A stretch of 64,000 nucleotides of DNA from Amoebophrya sp. A120 (GCA_905178155.1 CAJINV010000008.1:3043303-3107302), one strand, 5' to 3'; positions 22,278 to 37,500 are shown, numbered from the stretch's first letter. Program-made: numbers and translations. The notes: generated by a model not told the origin, from the sequence alone.

Positions 22278-22942
22278 AGCCGCAAAAAGAAGATTTTCGA
22301 TTTAAGAATTTTTTAATTGCTGCTTCCAAACTTTAACTGTGGACTGCAAATCAAGTCTGAAAACATCTTTGCCAAACTTCTAACTTTGTCGAGCAAAATT
22401 AGAATCAGAGCCGTATCCTAATAAATTCTAGTGTCCTCAGAAGGGCGTCGATCGGCATGTTTTATTTTCCTTGCGTGCTTATTTGAGAAAAAACAAAAAG
22501 CTACCCGCGATCAAATACCGAACCGGCAAAGAGACGATAAAATACACTAACATGTATCGTTTTTACGAACCTGTTGATGATTACTTACAGCTGCACCTTG
22601 CCTTCACCTCGCGTGCTGTGACACTTTTGAAATTATGACCCGCTCAGCTGTTACAATCTCGAACGTTGCAATTATAGAGTCTGGATTTTTTGTTGCATAG
22701 AGAGCAGGAGGAACATGCAGAGCTTTGCCTACTTTGCGGTTTTCGCAATACAAATTTCGCGAGATTCTTATGTGGTTTGGAGCTCCGGAACTTGTCATGC
22801 GCAATCTCGTGGAAGTAGGCTAGATCATGCACTTTTTGCATCTCAGATTTCCATTGTATTGTAACCCTTGAGCAAAAAGTTATTGTAACACCTGAGCGGG
22901 TTAGAGTTAGTATAGAAATGCTGCCCAATAATTTTTACAACG

Positions 22943-23307
22943 TGCTCTGCCCACCCGTGTAGCTGACCACCTTTTTTTTTAACCCGCTTTACTTCCACTG
23001 TAAAGCGTTTCAATGTTCCGGATGGAATGGTATGGTAGGCACCATGCCCTAGAGTGTTTCGCCTTGCGTTATGTGATCAAGACTTACACCCACGTACGTT
23101 GAACTCTAATGCACCACCAACGAATCGAATTTGAAATTTGTTTTCGGATTTGCAAAAAAATTTTCACTTTTTATAGTAGCGAATCGTTTATTTTATCACC
23201 AAAAGCTGCACCCTGCCGTCACTTCTTTGTGCTCTAACCCAGTTTTTATTTGCCTAATTTTGAACATGATGCTCTGCCCACCCGTGCAGCTGGCCACCTT
23301 TTTTTTT
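22943..23307 (+). repeat. Two ~38-bp direct repeats ending in T-runs
   Basis: tgctctgcccacccgtg.agctg.ccacc(T)n at 22943 and 23270. Confidence 0.75.
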
Positions 23308-25378
23308 GGAAGCTGCCTGTCTATCCTCTTGGAGGGTTGATAGCGTGGCTCACTTCTTAATCAATCTTTTGATAAACTAAAACTAACACTTAGAAAGATA
23401 TTGTCTCGCTTTCCTAGCAGATGCAGAATCCCATGTAACTTTGTAGTTCGACGTACAAATAATACAATCTCGAAAGGAGGAAGCTCGAAATTCAGCATGA
23501 CAATCCTATTGACGCAGTTTCATCGACTGGGTAGCTGCGAAAGCATTCGCAATCCCACAGCTGCTCGACGTGCAGCCACAAGTTGTCTGCAGATTGTTTG
23601 CGTGGCTTAAAAATCGGAACAATGATTGAATACTGTCTGCCAAGCAGAAGTAAGCAGGAGCCTAACACCTGCCTATATTGCGCGCTAGTTGTATATTCAC
23701 TCTTGAAAAAATTCAAGGGAATCTATGTGAATACCTGTACCGGTTCAGCTTCCGAGAAATGAAAATTGCGTTTCCTGGCACGACACCCTTTTTACAGATC
23801 CACATTATACTAGAATATCAAGGGTCGCCGAACAGAAAGAATAGAAAGACCAAAGTGTCGCTGTCTTTTCTGAAATGAATTTTTTGTAAATAAAACGGTT
23901 TCGCTTCTAAACAATTTCAAACAGAAACGTGGACATCCTGTATAGATGCATGAAAAAAGTTCGGCTGGCATCGCTACCGCAACGGACATGGCGACAGCGG
24001 CTTTATACATAGCAAGGGCTCATCAACACAGCATGACCTTGACTAAGAATTCCGTAATGTACTGTACAATACTAAAAGTAAAACGATGTCAAAAATGCTG
24101 CCCTGAGTGCCGTTTCCCTGTGGGAATACTCGTGTTTACCCTGTATGATATAGCGGATTCATGAATTGCATAGTTGTGCCTGTGGCACTACAGCCTCTGT
24201 TCATCATAGATACAGAGCGATTGCGACACGAGCTGCATATTTTTTTCCTACACCATCACCATCTATCACACGAAAAAATGCAACTGGGATATAAACATTT
24301 TTCATGAAATAAAATGCACCCCTGTACATACTTGAAAAACACCGCCTCCTCATTGCGGCACGGCAAGCGAAACCGTGCTCACGAACATAAACTGCCTTTA
24401 GGACGACAAGTTGAAGCGGCAAGCCAGAAATTACCTTTTGTGTTCTCGTCACAGGTACTACGTGGAACATCTGTGCTGCAATCACAAAAGCCACACCGCT
24501 GATGAATGAATATGAATTTTATATGAGAAAATGAGAATGATGCACTGCATCTGCATCACAAATTGAAGTTTAGGAATAATGTCGCTTGCCATGTTATTGC
24601 ATCCATCTTCCGCCCTGAAGGAAAAGCATTGTTCCCCCTGCAAACGACGCAGTCTAGTTTGTGTGGATGCCGCAACTGTGATTAAAGTTCAAGTTTTTCA
24701 CAGATAACGATGAACAAACCGCAATGGTCGTGCCGTTGAAATGCAATCATCCATACTTTTATTTGAATAATTTGCATTTCAAAGACCAGAGGACGATGAA
24801 GAGCAATAAAAAAATTGCATTTTGTACAAGCGCACGCAAAATCGCACTTTTTTGCCCTTTTTATTCAATGTTTGGCGTGTCGGGAGGTCGTGCTTGCTGG
24901 TCTAGGTTTTGGTGCTGTTTCGCATATTGAGGATGTCCAAAACACGTAAGCAAAGCCGCGGCAAACGGATATTAAGCAACAGGCTCGAAGACCGGAGCAG
25001 GAACCTTTCGGTTCAACACGGCCATTGTGATGAATGTCGAAAAGCATATGCAATTCGGGGACGGAACCACGCAAGGTTTCGTCCGGCTTCAGTCGCTTGC
25101 CTTTATTGCGGGATGTTCAAAAAGAGCGAGCTAATTTGCACGCAACAGAAGGTAAGAACCAAGAGGAAAGCAGTTTTCCTGCGTTTGGAATCTCATTTTT
25201 CTATACTTGTTTCTCCTCGCTGAAAGCCGAATCGCTATCGCGCGCACCACTACGTGCCTGGTATACATATGTCGCTCCTCCCGTGATGTTGCAATCTTTT
25301 TACAATTTTTGGCGATCTTCGCGACTTTATTATGTCATGCTGCTTTTGTGTGACGTGTCCATCATGTCATTGTCCAGC

Positions 25379-25404
25379 CCGTAGCCGGCATTACGTGGCT
25401 CGAG
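25379..25404 (+). other. Possible relic dinoflagellate spliced leader
   Basis: ccgtagcc-ggc-att-acg-tggctcgag resembles DinoSL DCCGTAGCCATTTTGGCTCAAG; lies 135 nt upstream of the gene B ATG. Confidence 0.4.
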
Positions 25405-25539
25405 GACATCGCTGCAAGGGTTGGTGCGAAATAATTAGCAGGGTTGCAAAACATAAACAAGGTATATTATGTCATAGAGATATTATTAGAAGTTCTAGTT
25501 AGTTTCATCCGAACTTCGTGTTTTTTTCTTGTGGATCAG

Positions 25540-28500
25540 ATGGACGACCTAGCTGCCCTGGAGGCGCTGCTTGAGAGCAATCAAGCGTTGCTGGCGGTGC
25601 GTCCCATCGATGTGGAGGAGTCGAATATCAAAATGAAAAATCCCCCCTCCCCATATCGAAACGACGTTTCTGATGCTGGATTTCCATACACAAATCACAT
25701 TTGTCTTGCAGTAGAGGACTGCAGGCATATGTCAAGCCTCATTCGAGAGGTTTTGACGTAGGTGCCTAGCATGCCAAACGTGTACGCTCTACGCCCAACA
25801 GCATCACAAACCGCCTGCAAAATGCGGGGCGCTCTCTGGACTTGCCTTCTTGCAAGACGGACAGGATTTGAGCTCACAAATGCGCATCGCAAATTTTCAG
25901 ACGGATACGTTTTCAATATGGGGAGGGAGGATTTTTCCTTACGATATCGAAGCTGAAGCAGGAATGGGCGGACGTACTGGAAACATGGCAAAGTATCGAC
26001 CGCCTGTGGATCTTATCACATGCAAAAGTGTCTGGGTCTGGAAGGTTAGAACTTGTGATGCGGATTATGGAAAAGGCAAAAATTTGTATTGCGTGAGCGC
26101 CAAAACCAAAAGCTGCTCAATTCTTGTTGCGCAATTAGGAAATTGCTCATGCACAGTATGCATCAGAAGGCCTGCGCAAAACCTGTAATGCTTTTGCGTG
26201 CATTACAGACGGGTTGCACAATCCAACAGTGATGCATGACAAACAAGGGCACTCCTCCCGACCCAGACATATTTGCATTTGATAGATCTCCCAGGAGTGG
26301 AACCGGAGCGACCAAGACCTGGTTCGGATCTTATCAACTGCAAAAATGTCTGGGTCTGGAAGAGTCGGGGCTTGTCATGCACATTTTGCATGACCCGTAA
26401 CTAAGGTCTGTGGTGCTGGTGCTAGCATCACAGATTTTGTGCGGGCTTCTTGATGCTAATTACGCATGAGAAATGCCCTCTCTGCGTGCCAAGAGCTGAG
26501 TCCTCTTGCTGTTCATGCAACACAGATATTTTTAGAATCCGCAGACAGCATTACAAGTTCCACTCTTCGAGACCCAGACATATTTGCAATCCATAGGCCT
26601 TGCGGCGGAACAAAGAGGACTACGAGAAGGAAGCGGAGGCGGACGTGCTGCTGCTGCGAAACCACCAAACCATGGTGAACGCGAAAAAGAATTTAGTGGA
26701 CGGAGCGCGCAAAAAGAAACAGCAGGCGGACGAGGCACTGCAGAAGGCGATTCAGCAGAAGGAAGAACTGCTGCAGAAGTTTGGTGGAAAGATCTCAGTC
26801 GCGCTGGCCCCCGTGGCACGGAACCGCGAGCAGCGGGTGAAGAAAGCCATGGAGCTACAGCATAAAGCCACACTGTATGGCGTTCTCAAACGTTACATTG
26901 TCAGCTGTTACATGATTTGTCATGCAAAATTGCCTTCAGAATCGACACGATCGAGCTGCTCCGCACGACAAAGTCCCAGAGGGCCAAACAGGCTGATAAT
27001 CGGCGCCAAATCTGTCATGCAAGACGCGCGCGATCCCTCCTATTACTTTTCCCATTCTTGCATCGCAAATCCATGTAACAGTTGAGAATGTAACAGTTGA
27101 GAGCGCCATACACTGGAGCTGTCGGCGAATCTGGAAACGCTGGAAAAAGCAGAACTGGCAGCGCGGAACTTTGTCGAAGGGACAAAGTCGCGCATCGCGG
27201 AGCAGCAGCAGCGAGAGCAGCAAATCCTGGACCTCTGTCGCCAGAGCTTCCAGAAAATTACGGTGCCGCCGGGGGCGACTTCAGCCAGCAGCAGTAGTAC
27301 AGGCGGCACCGCAACCGCCACAGCAGTCCCCAGAACAACTGAAAGCGACGAGCTGAGCAGCGCGACCGGGGCCGCACCGCCGGATCAACGACACTACGAT
27401 TTTGGAAGCGCATCAGCCGGCACCCCGCACGAGTCCGGCACTACAGGTGCTCCCGCGACGGGCAGTGGCCGCGCGGTTAGCTCTGCAGTTCTTGGCTTTC
27501 CTGACGGAACAACGATTTCGGCCGGACCCCCCGCCGCTCCGCCTCTGGAGCTCGCGGACGAGAGCGAATTGGAGCGGTTGCGGCAAAAGGTGAGCGAGCT
27601 CGAGCGTGCCCTGGAGGAAAGAAAAGCGGTGCACACAGCGCGGTCGGCGCGAACTTCGTCGCACTCCTTGACTGAGCAGTCATCAAGGCAAGAAGGCGAT
27701 GGGTCCGGATCCTCCTCGTCCTCCTCCAGCAGGAGGAATTACACTGGTGGAGGCGGACCTCTCTCGGCGATCCCAGAGCAGTCGTCCGCCTCTTCTTCCG
27801 GGTCCTTGGAGCCGCTCCAGGCCGCGATAGGGACGTCGGGAACTACTACAGCAGGGGCATCGGCGGCGGCGCGGGCGAGCACGACCAGTGGGGCTGACGA
27901 TCACAGTAGTTCATCGGGAAATATAATTAACTACGGTGACGTATCGGTCCATAATGACACTTCGTTGCTCAACGAATCCTTTTCCTCGCAGCTCGGCGTC
28001 ATGGTGCTTGCGTCACCCGAGGAGGCCCCCGACTTGACCGTGCCGCTGGGGTTGTCAGAGGAAAAGTTGAGGCACATGCAGACCCGCATCAAGCAGCTCC
28101 AGCAACTCGTGAAGAAGGAACGCTCGCAGAAACGGCGCGCCGAGGCCGAGGTCACGCGGTTGAAGATACGAGAGGGCGACCAGGGGTCACGGGTCGGCGA
28201 GGAGGAGAACTACTCCATGGTTGAAATAAGCCATGCCAACGCAACTTCGTCAACGCAACACCACGCGGTTCTATCCAAGGAGTCGTCTGCGTCGTCCTCC
28301 TCGAGCAGTGCTGCTTCGAGCAATGCCAATGCAGCAGCGGAGGTACTGCGGAAAAATAAGGCAAGAGCCGGCCAAGGAAAAGACCGGGAAGTAGGACAAG
28401 AACTTGGACTACGAGACGCGGATGTCGAGGATCCCGGCGCGCCACCGAATCAGGGTGCGTCTGAACAAGAAGGAGCTGCGCTTGGTTCAGTAGCCGGCAC

Positions 28501-31500
28501 GGGACCTTCGTCACGCTCATCGCGAGATCGACAGCGACTACTAGTACAGCAGGTATCCTGGTGTGCGAAACTTGTCGTGGAAAAGGTGCAGTCGTGTAAA
28601 ACGCAATCTTGCATGGCCCAATTGACAAGTTGCTTTTCTTTATTCTTTTCTGCTTGAGTGTGGCCGCTGTGCACGACGTCTAACTACTAGGAGGTAGAAT
28701 AACAACAAATCGCCCAATTGTTTCTTTTTTCCCTCAGAATGCAAGGCAATTTCTTGTCGTTGTCCTGCGAATATATATATTGCGACAGTTTTGCAATCCA
28801 TGACGGCAGCCCGGCAGCAAATTGCTGCTCGATGTGGTGCGAACCGACGATGGGGCCTTCGTCGCGCGCTACGACAAGGAATTCCAGGTTGTGTTCGACC
28901 AGAAGCAGATGAATGGTGTGGCGCGAGGAGGTGGAGATAAACTGGGCAAACATGGTAGTACAACTCGTCCGTCTCAGTCGGACCTCGACGTGCCCTCCGC
29001 GGAAGAGGCTGCAAGAGCGCAGGTAGAGTTGTGGCGCACCATGGCGCGAGACGACAAGCCGGGAGAAAATCTCGTCGATTTCGGCGCACCGGTCGTGTTG
29101 CGCACCGCACAGAAAACGGACCCTGCGTCGCCAAGCGACTTGCCGGAGGGAGCGGAGACCACACGGCTGCATCCGGGGGACCCAAGGAGAGGAGGGGATG
29201 GTCTTGATGCGCCACCTATAGTACCTGCTGCAACGGGATCATCCAAAACGAGCGCTGTCGCCTCAACCGGGCCCTTCTTCGAGAACGAGCAGCAACCTCC
29301 GGGTGGCACGATGGAGCGATTTAACAACAAGCAGAATTTCGAGCACGGCGAGACCGGGGCCACACCGCCACGGTTGCTCGGCGCGACCGGCGGTGCAGGA
29401 GCAGGCAACTACACCGTGGCCAGCGGGGGCACACACAGCAGTAGCAAAGAGCCGAGCCTCCTGGGCAGAAGCGGGAAAGTAGAAGGTGGGCAAGCGATTA
29501 CTACACCGAGTCCTCCCGGCGGGACCCGTAGCAGCCCCTCCGGCGGGGCTCGCCCGGATGATCCCGGTCGGGAGGAAGCTAATTTCAAGCCGGGGACGAG
29601 CAGTAGCAAGTCGCAGCTGGAGCCAGGTCGACACGACTTGCAGTCGAAGTCTTCCTCCACCCCCGGAACGACCTCCCGATCCGAGCCCGAGCAGCCGCAC
29701 GATCAAAGCGCAGATGCGAAGATGCCGGCGCAGAGCAGGAGGCAGGAGTTGTTCGCAGAAAAAATGAGGCAGCTTGTTGTTCCCACCGCTCCGTCGGCGC
29801 TCACGAGTTTCCGCGACTTTGTCCAGAACTACAGAAAGAAGGAACAGGACCTACTCTACCAAAGAAAAGATTTGTATCAAAGGGCCAACGAGGACTTCTT
29901 CGCAGAGGGACGTGGGCCAGGACCACGGGTACGGCCGCCTGCTAATTATCTGGGGCATGCCGCCTCTTCGTCGTCGTCTTGGTGGACTACTAGGGGCGGG
30001 ATCATCAACGAAGATTTTCTGGTCCAGCAGTTTGCAAACACGGACTTCCTCGCACAAACCTTCACCAAGCAAAATTGGAAGCGACACAAGGTCTGGCGGG
30101 GCGCGTTCGTTGAGGAGCGCCTGTTACTCTTGTCGGATTTCTTCCTCGGAAGGAACTTTTTCAAGTCCTCCTCGTCGTCCAGGGATCTTTACAATCAGGT
30201 GCGCCGTCGGGGGCAAGAAGAATCACAGCCGACGGAGAACTCGCACTCGGCCAGTGGCGCGCCTTCGACTTCTGAGCCAACTGGTGGGACGAGCGGGGCA
30301 CGAGCTGCCGCTGGAGCCGGCGGCGGCCTCTTGACCAGTTCTGCAGTGGGGGCAGATGCCCAGCCGCAACTGGAAGCCGAGATGATGCAGCGCCCAAAGA
30401 AGAGTGTCAACTTCAGGCTGCTTGCCTACGAATTTATGCTTTTCTTCGTGGACGTTTATAATGCCAGCCCTTCTGGTTCTGTGGACCAACCGATCTGCAG
30501 TGTGGAGAATCTGGTGTGGAAGCTGCGACTGCAAAACCGACTGACTGCGAGCGAAAGTTCTTGCGTCGCCGACTGGACGCTGGGACGCGGCGAAATGGGA
30601 GGGTCCGCGTATGCTAGTCCTGGCGGGAGGAGGACCGCCCAGCTGGACGCCGGGACGGCGTTCTTAGTGCACCTCTCGGAACGGCTGCTGCGCCAATGTG
30701 TCGAAATAGAACACTTGGTGCGGAGAAGATCCGCGACGACGAGAAGGCTTATATGCGACTGCACAACTCGTCGACCTCTCTCACTGATATTTTGTGGGTC
30801 CAGAACTGGAAAGCGACCAGGCTAAAAATAAGGCAAGAGAGTAGTAGCTTCTGCATGCTGATGAATAAGCAAGCACGACGACGGACCTGCATATTCTCGT
30901 GATCGAATAACAAGAACTGAGACTGCTGCTGGCTCTATTGGCGCGCCAGCTACTGGCAGGATCGCGCACGATTGCGCGCACCAGCGCCTTGGAGATATAC
31001 ACCCCGCGGACCAACCCTCACGGCGCGGCCCGGCTCGGTAGTACAGTGAGTCTGTTAAATTACCATGACAAATAAAAAGAAACATGGCAGGAGCACAGAT
31101 TTGAAATGTCTTACCGGGCTGTTGAAGTAGCGATGAGTTCTTTGAAGACAGAACTTGTGATGCAAATGCTGCCGCGAAAACAAAGCTAAAGGCAAGCGCA
31201 GATGGCACGCAATATCACGCATGAGAAGGAGAGGTGGAGTTGTGCACTTTCACATCGAAGAGGCGCTTGCTTGGCGAAAGACAATTTCTCGCAGCTGAAG
31301 GGTCGGCGACGAGGACGAGGAGGCAGGAGAGGTTCTGGAGAGCCGCCTTCGTCAGTTTCCCGAAAAATATGGAAAAACGGAGCGGGTGGAACCAGTAGAC
31401 CGCACGGCGACGAGAATGATTATGATTTTCACCTCCCTTCTCGTCGTGCTGGAAGACCACGACGACCGTCTCCTGTCACGGAGGAGGAGAAAACCAGGCA

Positions 31501-34500
31501 AAAGGGGTTTGCTGCTTGGGTCACACGCACCCTGCTCGTGTTGGAGGACTGTTTTGAGCATGCGGCCGTGAGGGCAGCGACGGAAAGTATTCACAGAGCC
31601 AACCATGAGCGATCGACAGTTGTGTCGCAGGGTGACGTTGTACGGGTGGAACACGAGGAGGCGGCGGCGCGAGAGGTGAAGCAAGAACCTTTGGCATCTT
31701 CAGCCGCCGAGCGGGTGGACCACGCTGAGAGGGTGAACCAGCACGACGGAGAACACCTCCGTCTCGAGGAGGTTGAGCACGCATGCGCGCAGCTAGGTCT
31801 GACGCTTGTGCAGAATCTTCTGGAACGGGTGGCTATTGGGGCAGATGAGTTCATTATGCAGTGCAAGATTGTTGTCTTGAAGGTTCGGAAAGGTCTTACA
31901 ACTTGTTGCTCACTGTCTCGACTGAGGACGAAAAAAATCGGTCTTGCATATTAGAAACCAACATCTGGAGGTTTGCATGCGGACTACCAAAAGTTTACAC
32001 CTCCACTACTTTTATTGGACAAGACAACTAGTACTACAATTGGGACGACTAGATCATTTCTGTATTTTTCGAGGCGAATGCAGCTGCATTCCAGACCTCG
32101 TCGCGCATCATGGAGGGGCTGCGTGACAAGCACAAGCTTACCTCCAGCCTACAGACATATCTTCTATTTGGTGTGAATATTCCTCGTAAGACGACCTCCT
32201 GCTGATGTTAGAAACTCCTACGCCACAAGCGAAGAGGCAAACCACATTCCGAGGAAGGAAGACGCAACCACCAGGCGCTTCAGTACGAGCCAGGTGAACA
32301 GTGCGTTGCATCGGTGGTACTACCACCAGCACAAGTGGCAAATATGAAATGCAAATATGCCCGGCTAACTCCGGAAGCTTGTGGTTGTGGTTGCAGAATG
32401 AATCACGAGCACGCGTCAATTTCTATTGACCGCAAAGCGTGAGACGTTTTTTGATTCGTCCCAATTGTTGTCTAATCTGCATGTTGACAGAGTACAAGTG
32501 AAACATGACAGACTTAAAACAGTCATGATACTGCCGAGCATGACAACCCTTGCACTTGCTTGCACTTTTCCAGACCACCCAGAGGACATAGTTGCAACGC
32601 ATAGCAGCTGGAAAAGAACCATCTTCGGAGCAGAAATACACGGGAAGTCAATGGAGCACCAGAAAGCAGAGAAGTGCTCGATTGCAGGAATTTCTCGTCC
32701 GCCGCCGCACCGCTCGCAGCTGCCTGCGCCGAGTTGACCCGAATCACCAAATCTATCTCGGTATGCATTGCACAACCGGCATCGTGCTGCTTATAAAATA
32801 AACGGCTCTAGTACACCAAATACAAATAAGTTTGTGCACTTTATTGATATTGAGGACGTTCCGTACTTGAATGTCGAAAAGTTCTGACCCTATTCAACGG
32901 CGTGACCCTACAGTTCTCTGGGGGTAGCAGGCTAGCCCTTCCGTGCGTCAGAGAAGGGAGTACCAGTGCCAAGCCCTAATTATCACCAGATTTGGGCGTA
33001 GATTTGTAGCCCTGGCAAGGTACTTCTCACCACGTAGAAAAGCAATAGGAATTTTGTCATGCCATGTCGCTTGTTCAATTATTTTTAGGGCGACGAGTTT
33101 ATTTTAGATTATTGAGGGTTCCTATTTTGATTTGAGATTAGGACGAGGAGTGCGATGCTTTTGGACAGGATACCCGGTCTGGCACCTCATTTCCCTTGTG
33201 CAGGAAATTCTGCAGCAGGTTGTCGGGGAACAGCAGGAGGGTCTCCGGATTTTTCAAAAAATCGAGCAAGAAGAGGAAGGCGATAGGAACAGAGATAAGT
33301 ATCCGGAACGGCAAATAAATTTCTCCCAAGCGGCCGGAGGAGGATTTTCTTCCTGTCCCGCTGGCAGCAAGAACGGGGGCAATAACGATCTTCCATTTTT
33401 CCACCTTGGAACCCGGTTTTTTCTCAAGCTGTTGCCCCACTTCTGGGAGACCACCTACGCATTGCAAATCAATATGGCTGACACTGGGTCTGAAAGACTG
33501 CACACTTGCGGTCATACTGAGAGCCAATAATAATGATCCCGAACCTGTATAAGTAGGGCATGCTGCGAAATTGCCTTAAACTCACTGGTCCTGGTATGTG
33601 TTTGTCACGCAAAATGCTTGTGTTGATGCGCGTTACGCATTACTCGACCATTCGAAATAAATCTCTTATGCTTGGCTGCCTAGTTCTTCTCTAGTCAGTT
33701 TGTCACTCGTAGATTAGCATGACAACTTTCCAGACCCAGACACATTTGCATGTCCATTTGATACTACTGCGCAAGTGAACACTTTTTCCGACGACCTGGA
33801 CCTCTTGGACACGAGCTACTCAGACGACGGCGCCGCCACCGCCGAAGAAGACGATGAGTACGTCGACCTCGCACGCAGCATTTTGTGGGTCACCGCGAGT
33901 GTGAGTCCGAGTTCCGTGTTGAGTCGCGGAGGTTTAGAAGTATCCGCGTCAAATAAAAATGCCTCCGCGGTGGACCGTTCTTACAGTTGTTTCCTGCTGA
34001 CCGCCGAGACACACGGGTTGCTGGCCTTGTCCGCGCGCTTCAAAAAACTGTTTTTCGACGTTATGACCCGCTCAGAGATTTTTCCCACCTCGGCTGTGAA
34101 TCTGAGAAAAGAGAAGCTTTCATCTCGTGGAAAAGCTGTTCTGCGATCTACTTCTGGCCAGGAGTTCCCGCAAGAAGGAGGTTGCAAGAACGCGCATGAA
34201 AACAAGTTCACAAGGGTCACACTGCTCGTCTGGAGTGGTGGACATTGATTTGTACAAGCGCAATGAAGCTTGTTCGTATGTATTTTTGATGTTGTTCATG
34301 CAAGATAAAGCAAATTCATCAAAACTCAGGCTTTCTTTGTAAATTGCTCAGATCCAGATGGCCGATGTAAATAAAGAACCTGACCGGGCGATACGCGTCG
34401 AATACAATGCAAGAAACTACGCCTCCGTGTTTCACCACGTCCTCGAGGATCCTGAAGGGCAGGCGCAGTTGGACGCACCATCCAGAAGTGCCTTAGTCGA

Positions 34501-37500
34501 CGACGGCGGCGACGAGGAGTTATCATCGAGTGGAGCGGAGCGAGGCTCCTCCTCTTCGGCCTCCGAAGATGAACAAGCGGGCTCTTCCTCAGAAGCAGAT
34601 GAACCGTCGCGGGCGACACTTTCTAAGCACCATGCAGCTTCCTCTTCCGCGCGGACAAGAGGGAAGAAGAGAGGAGTTGCAGCCCTCCACGGGGCACTTG
34701 CAGTGCCGCGATCCGCACCGGACAAAGGGCGGGGTCGGCGAGGGTATACAGATCCTGACGAGCAGGACCACTATCGCAGTGGTTCTTTCGCCGCTACGAA
34801 GGGCGCGGGGCTGCTCGATACTATCGGCTTGCAGAATACCTGGCGAGGTTTCCTGCGGTTCGAAACCCTGCTCCAACGCGCTGCGAAAAGCTTGTGGGCC
34901 GGGACCAGTTCATCTTTCAACATGATCTTCAACGACGAGCCCGGAATTATGAGTTCGCTGCATGATCATGCAGAGCATGAGGAACATCAACAAGGTGACG
35001 AGGTGGATGCGCCAGCTGGCCGCGCGGAACTCTCCAGCTTTCCTGTCGGGCCCACACGCAGCCTTGAGTCCGGGATCCATTTCCTCAGTCGCACGGGCAA
35101 AAACTTGGCCTCCAGCACGAAGCAGGCTTTTTTCGGGGCAAACGAACAAGAAGCTGGTCACACTCTTGCAGAAGACACGGACAAAAACACGGAGATGTTG
35201 AACCACAATTTTTCACCTTCTGACTATACAGCCAACCACAACTCGAGCTCGTCTCCTGACGATGCCAAGTCATCTCGTCCGCCCGGCGCGGCGCGTGCCC
35301 CGTTGTACCAGAAAAGGGGACATCAACGCGAGGCCGAAGCAGACTCCTTCGGGCCGCGGCAAAGAACGCAAGCGGACGTGGCGAATAAAAGGGCGGGGAA
35401 GGAGCAGCAGGACGAGGGTGCTCGACCGCTCTGGACGCTTTCTCCCTTTCACGAAACCGCGTACCGGGCACTGCTGACGATCGACTTGCGCGACATGCTC
35501 ACTCTCTGTCTGAAGGACTATCGCCGCTTCGTGGATTCTGAGGGCATGACGGTCCTCGTTCAGCTATTCGCTAGCGTCTCCGAGCGGTGTTGCATTCGCA
35601 GTGATGCGTTGCCCGAACTCTTATTTGAGGGGGAGGCAGATCAACCCACGAAGATGTTGAAAAGCGCAACCTCGCAGAAGAAGCAGAGGGGAACCAATCA
35701 AGTGATGGAGCAAGATGATGGGTTCTTTTCTTCCAGAACCGCCCGGCGGGGCGGGGACCGCAGCCGCACTCTCAAACAAGAACAGAGCCTAGGTGCTCTC
35801 TCAAGGAGGAACCTACACGAGGCAGGCCCTTCCTACGATTTTGACGCAGGAAGGGCTGGTGGTACCACTACTACAACTCCGGTGACAACATCGAGGGGAA
35901 CCACGAAGACCGCGCACCAACGGAGGCGGCACTTCTACTGCTACCTCGTCTGGTCGGCCGGCACCGCGCAGTGCGAGCGGCTCCTGCGGCCGATGAAACT
36001 CTGGGAAAGCAAGTCTGCAAAGGACATCGGGCTTTTTCAGCAGATGCTCTCAGTGCAAAAATTCATGGACGAGCTCGCGGAGAACATTGAAGCGCTGAAA
36101 GAGGAAATTGCTTGCGACGACGAGTACTACAGCCAAGCTCTGGACCTGCTTTTTCTTGACCCAGCGGTGGGCAAGCAGCCCCGCAGTGGAGCTACTTCCG
36201 GTCGTCCAGATTCTCAAAGGCCGGCTGCCTCCTCATCTAGGAGATGGTCGAAGCGGGCGAACCCGAAGAATTATAGGTTTGATCAAAATACTAGAAGGGA
36301 TCATCACGGACGGGCGGGGCGGGCAATTCCGGTGGAAAGTAGTACTTCATCATCCACGAACGCCTCAGAAGAGGAACCGAGCATCTACTTCTCCCACTAT
36401 TCCGTACACATAATCGTCGACGCCATCCGCTACGCCGTCCGGGATGTGCTGTACTGGGTCGCGGGGGAGAAGCGGCACTCGGTTTCTCTACCACCTCCTA
36501 CGGACCGCAATCTGAATGCCGAGCCTGGTGGTCCTTCTCTGGCAGGCGGAATCTCCGCCGGTGGAGGTGGTGCTGACCACATCTACTTCAATGCTTCCAC
36601 CGCGCCAGCCGCAGTTACCTCGGCCTACCACAGTCCCTCACTGCCGTCCGCAGGGGAAGGTAGTGCGTGGGCTTCTGCTACGCCGAATCTGGAGCACCTT
36701 CACCACGCCGCGACGGGAGGAGGTTCTTTTCCGTTTAGTACCAGCAGGCCAAACATGACGCGGCCGTGGAACGTTGCCAGTGAGGAGGAGTTGCCACCTT
36801 CGGGAGGGAAAGTCGTTTGGGCGGTGTACGAGCTAGAGCAAGAAGCGCTGCCCTGGACGACGGGGAGCGCCGCCGCAGGAGCCTTAACGCTTCCTCGGGA
36901 TGACGAAAATGCAGCAGATTATTATATTAACCGAGACAGCACCGCTGTTAGAGTCGGTGGTCCTGGTCCACCAGCACTTGCAGATCAACACGCGAGTGGA
37001 AAGACAATAAAGTCGAAAACTCTCTACTACGGGTTCTACACGCACTTTCCGGAATCCTTGAATGCGATCCTCGAACCGCTTGTGAACGTTGCCATCGTGT
37101 CCCGATTCCAGCAGTTCCACCACGTGATCATCTCGAAGTGCCTCGCGCCGCGTGAAATCCGGTTCACGCCCATGCGGCCGCCGGCCCTGCTGCACACCAC
37201 GGCGGTGCTCGACATGTGGAATTTCGTGTTTTCCGCCTTTGATGCGGTCGTCAGCTTTCGCATCCCCATCCAGATGTGCGTGCTCCCCGTGTTTTGCAAC
37301 TTTCTGCAAAAGACGCTGAACCAGTTCGCGGACCTGTGTCTGCAGTTCGACGGGAAAGCCGCCGCGGGGAGCGGTGCCACAAGCAAGGGTACTACTTCCA
37401 TCGAGCTCGGCTCTCCAGAGCAGATTTTTCCCCTGCTCGCCAAGGCGAAGAAGACTTTTGCCGAGGTCCGCCTCCCCGACAATGCCGGCTACTTCTCGGA

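Noticed and set aside
30696-30902. Apparent frameshift or programmed recoding in gene B
   Set aside because: Explained by the degenerate family-4 introner 30752-31254.
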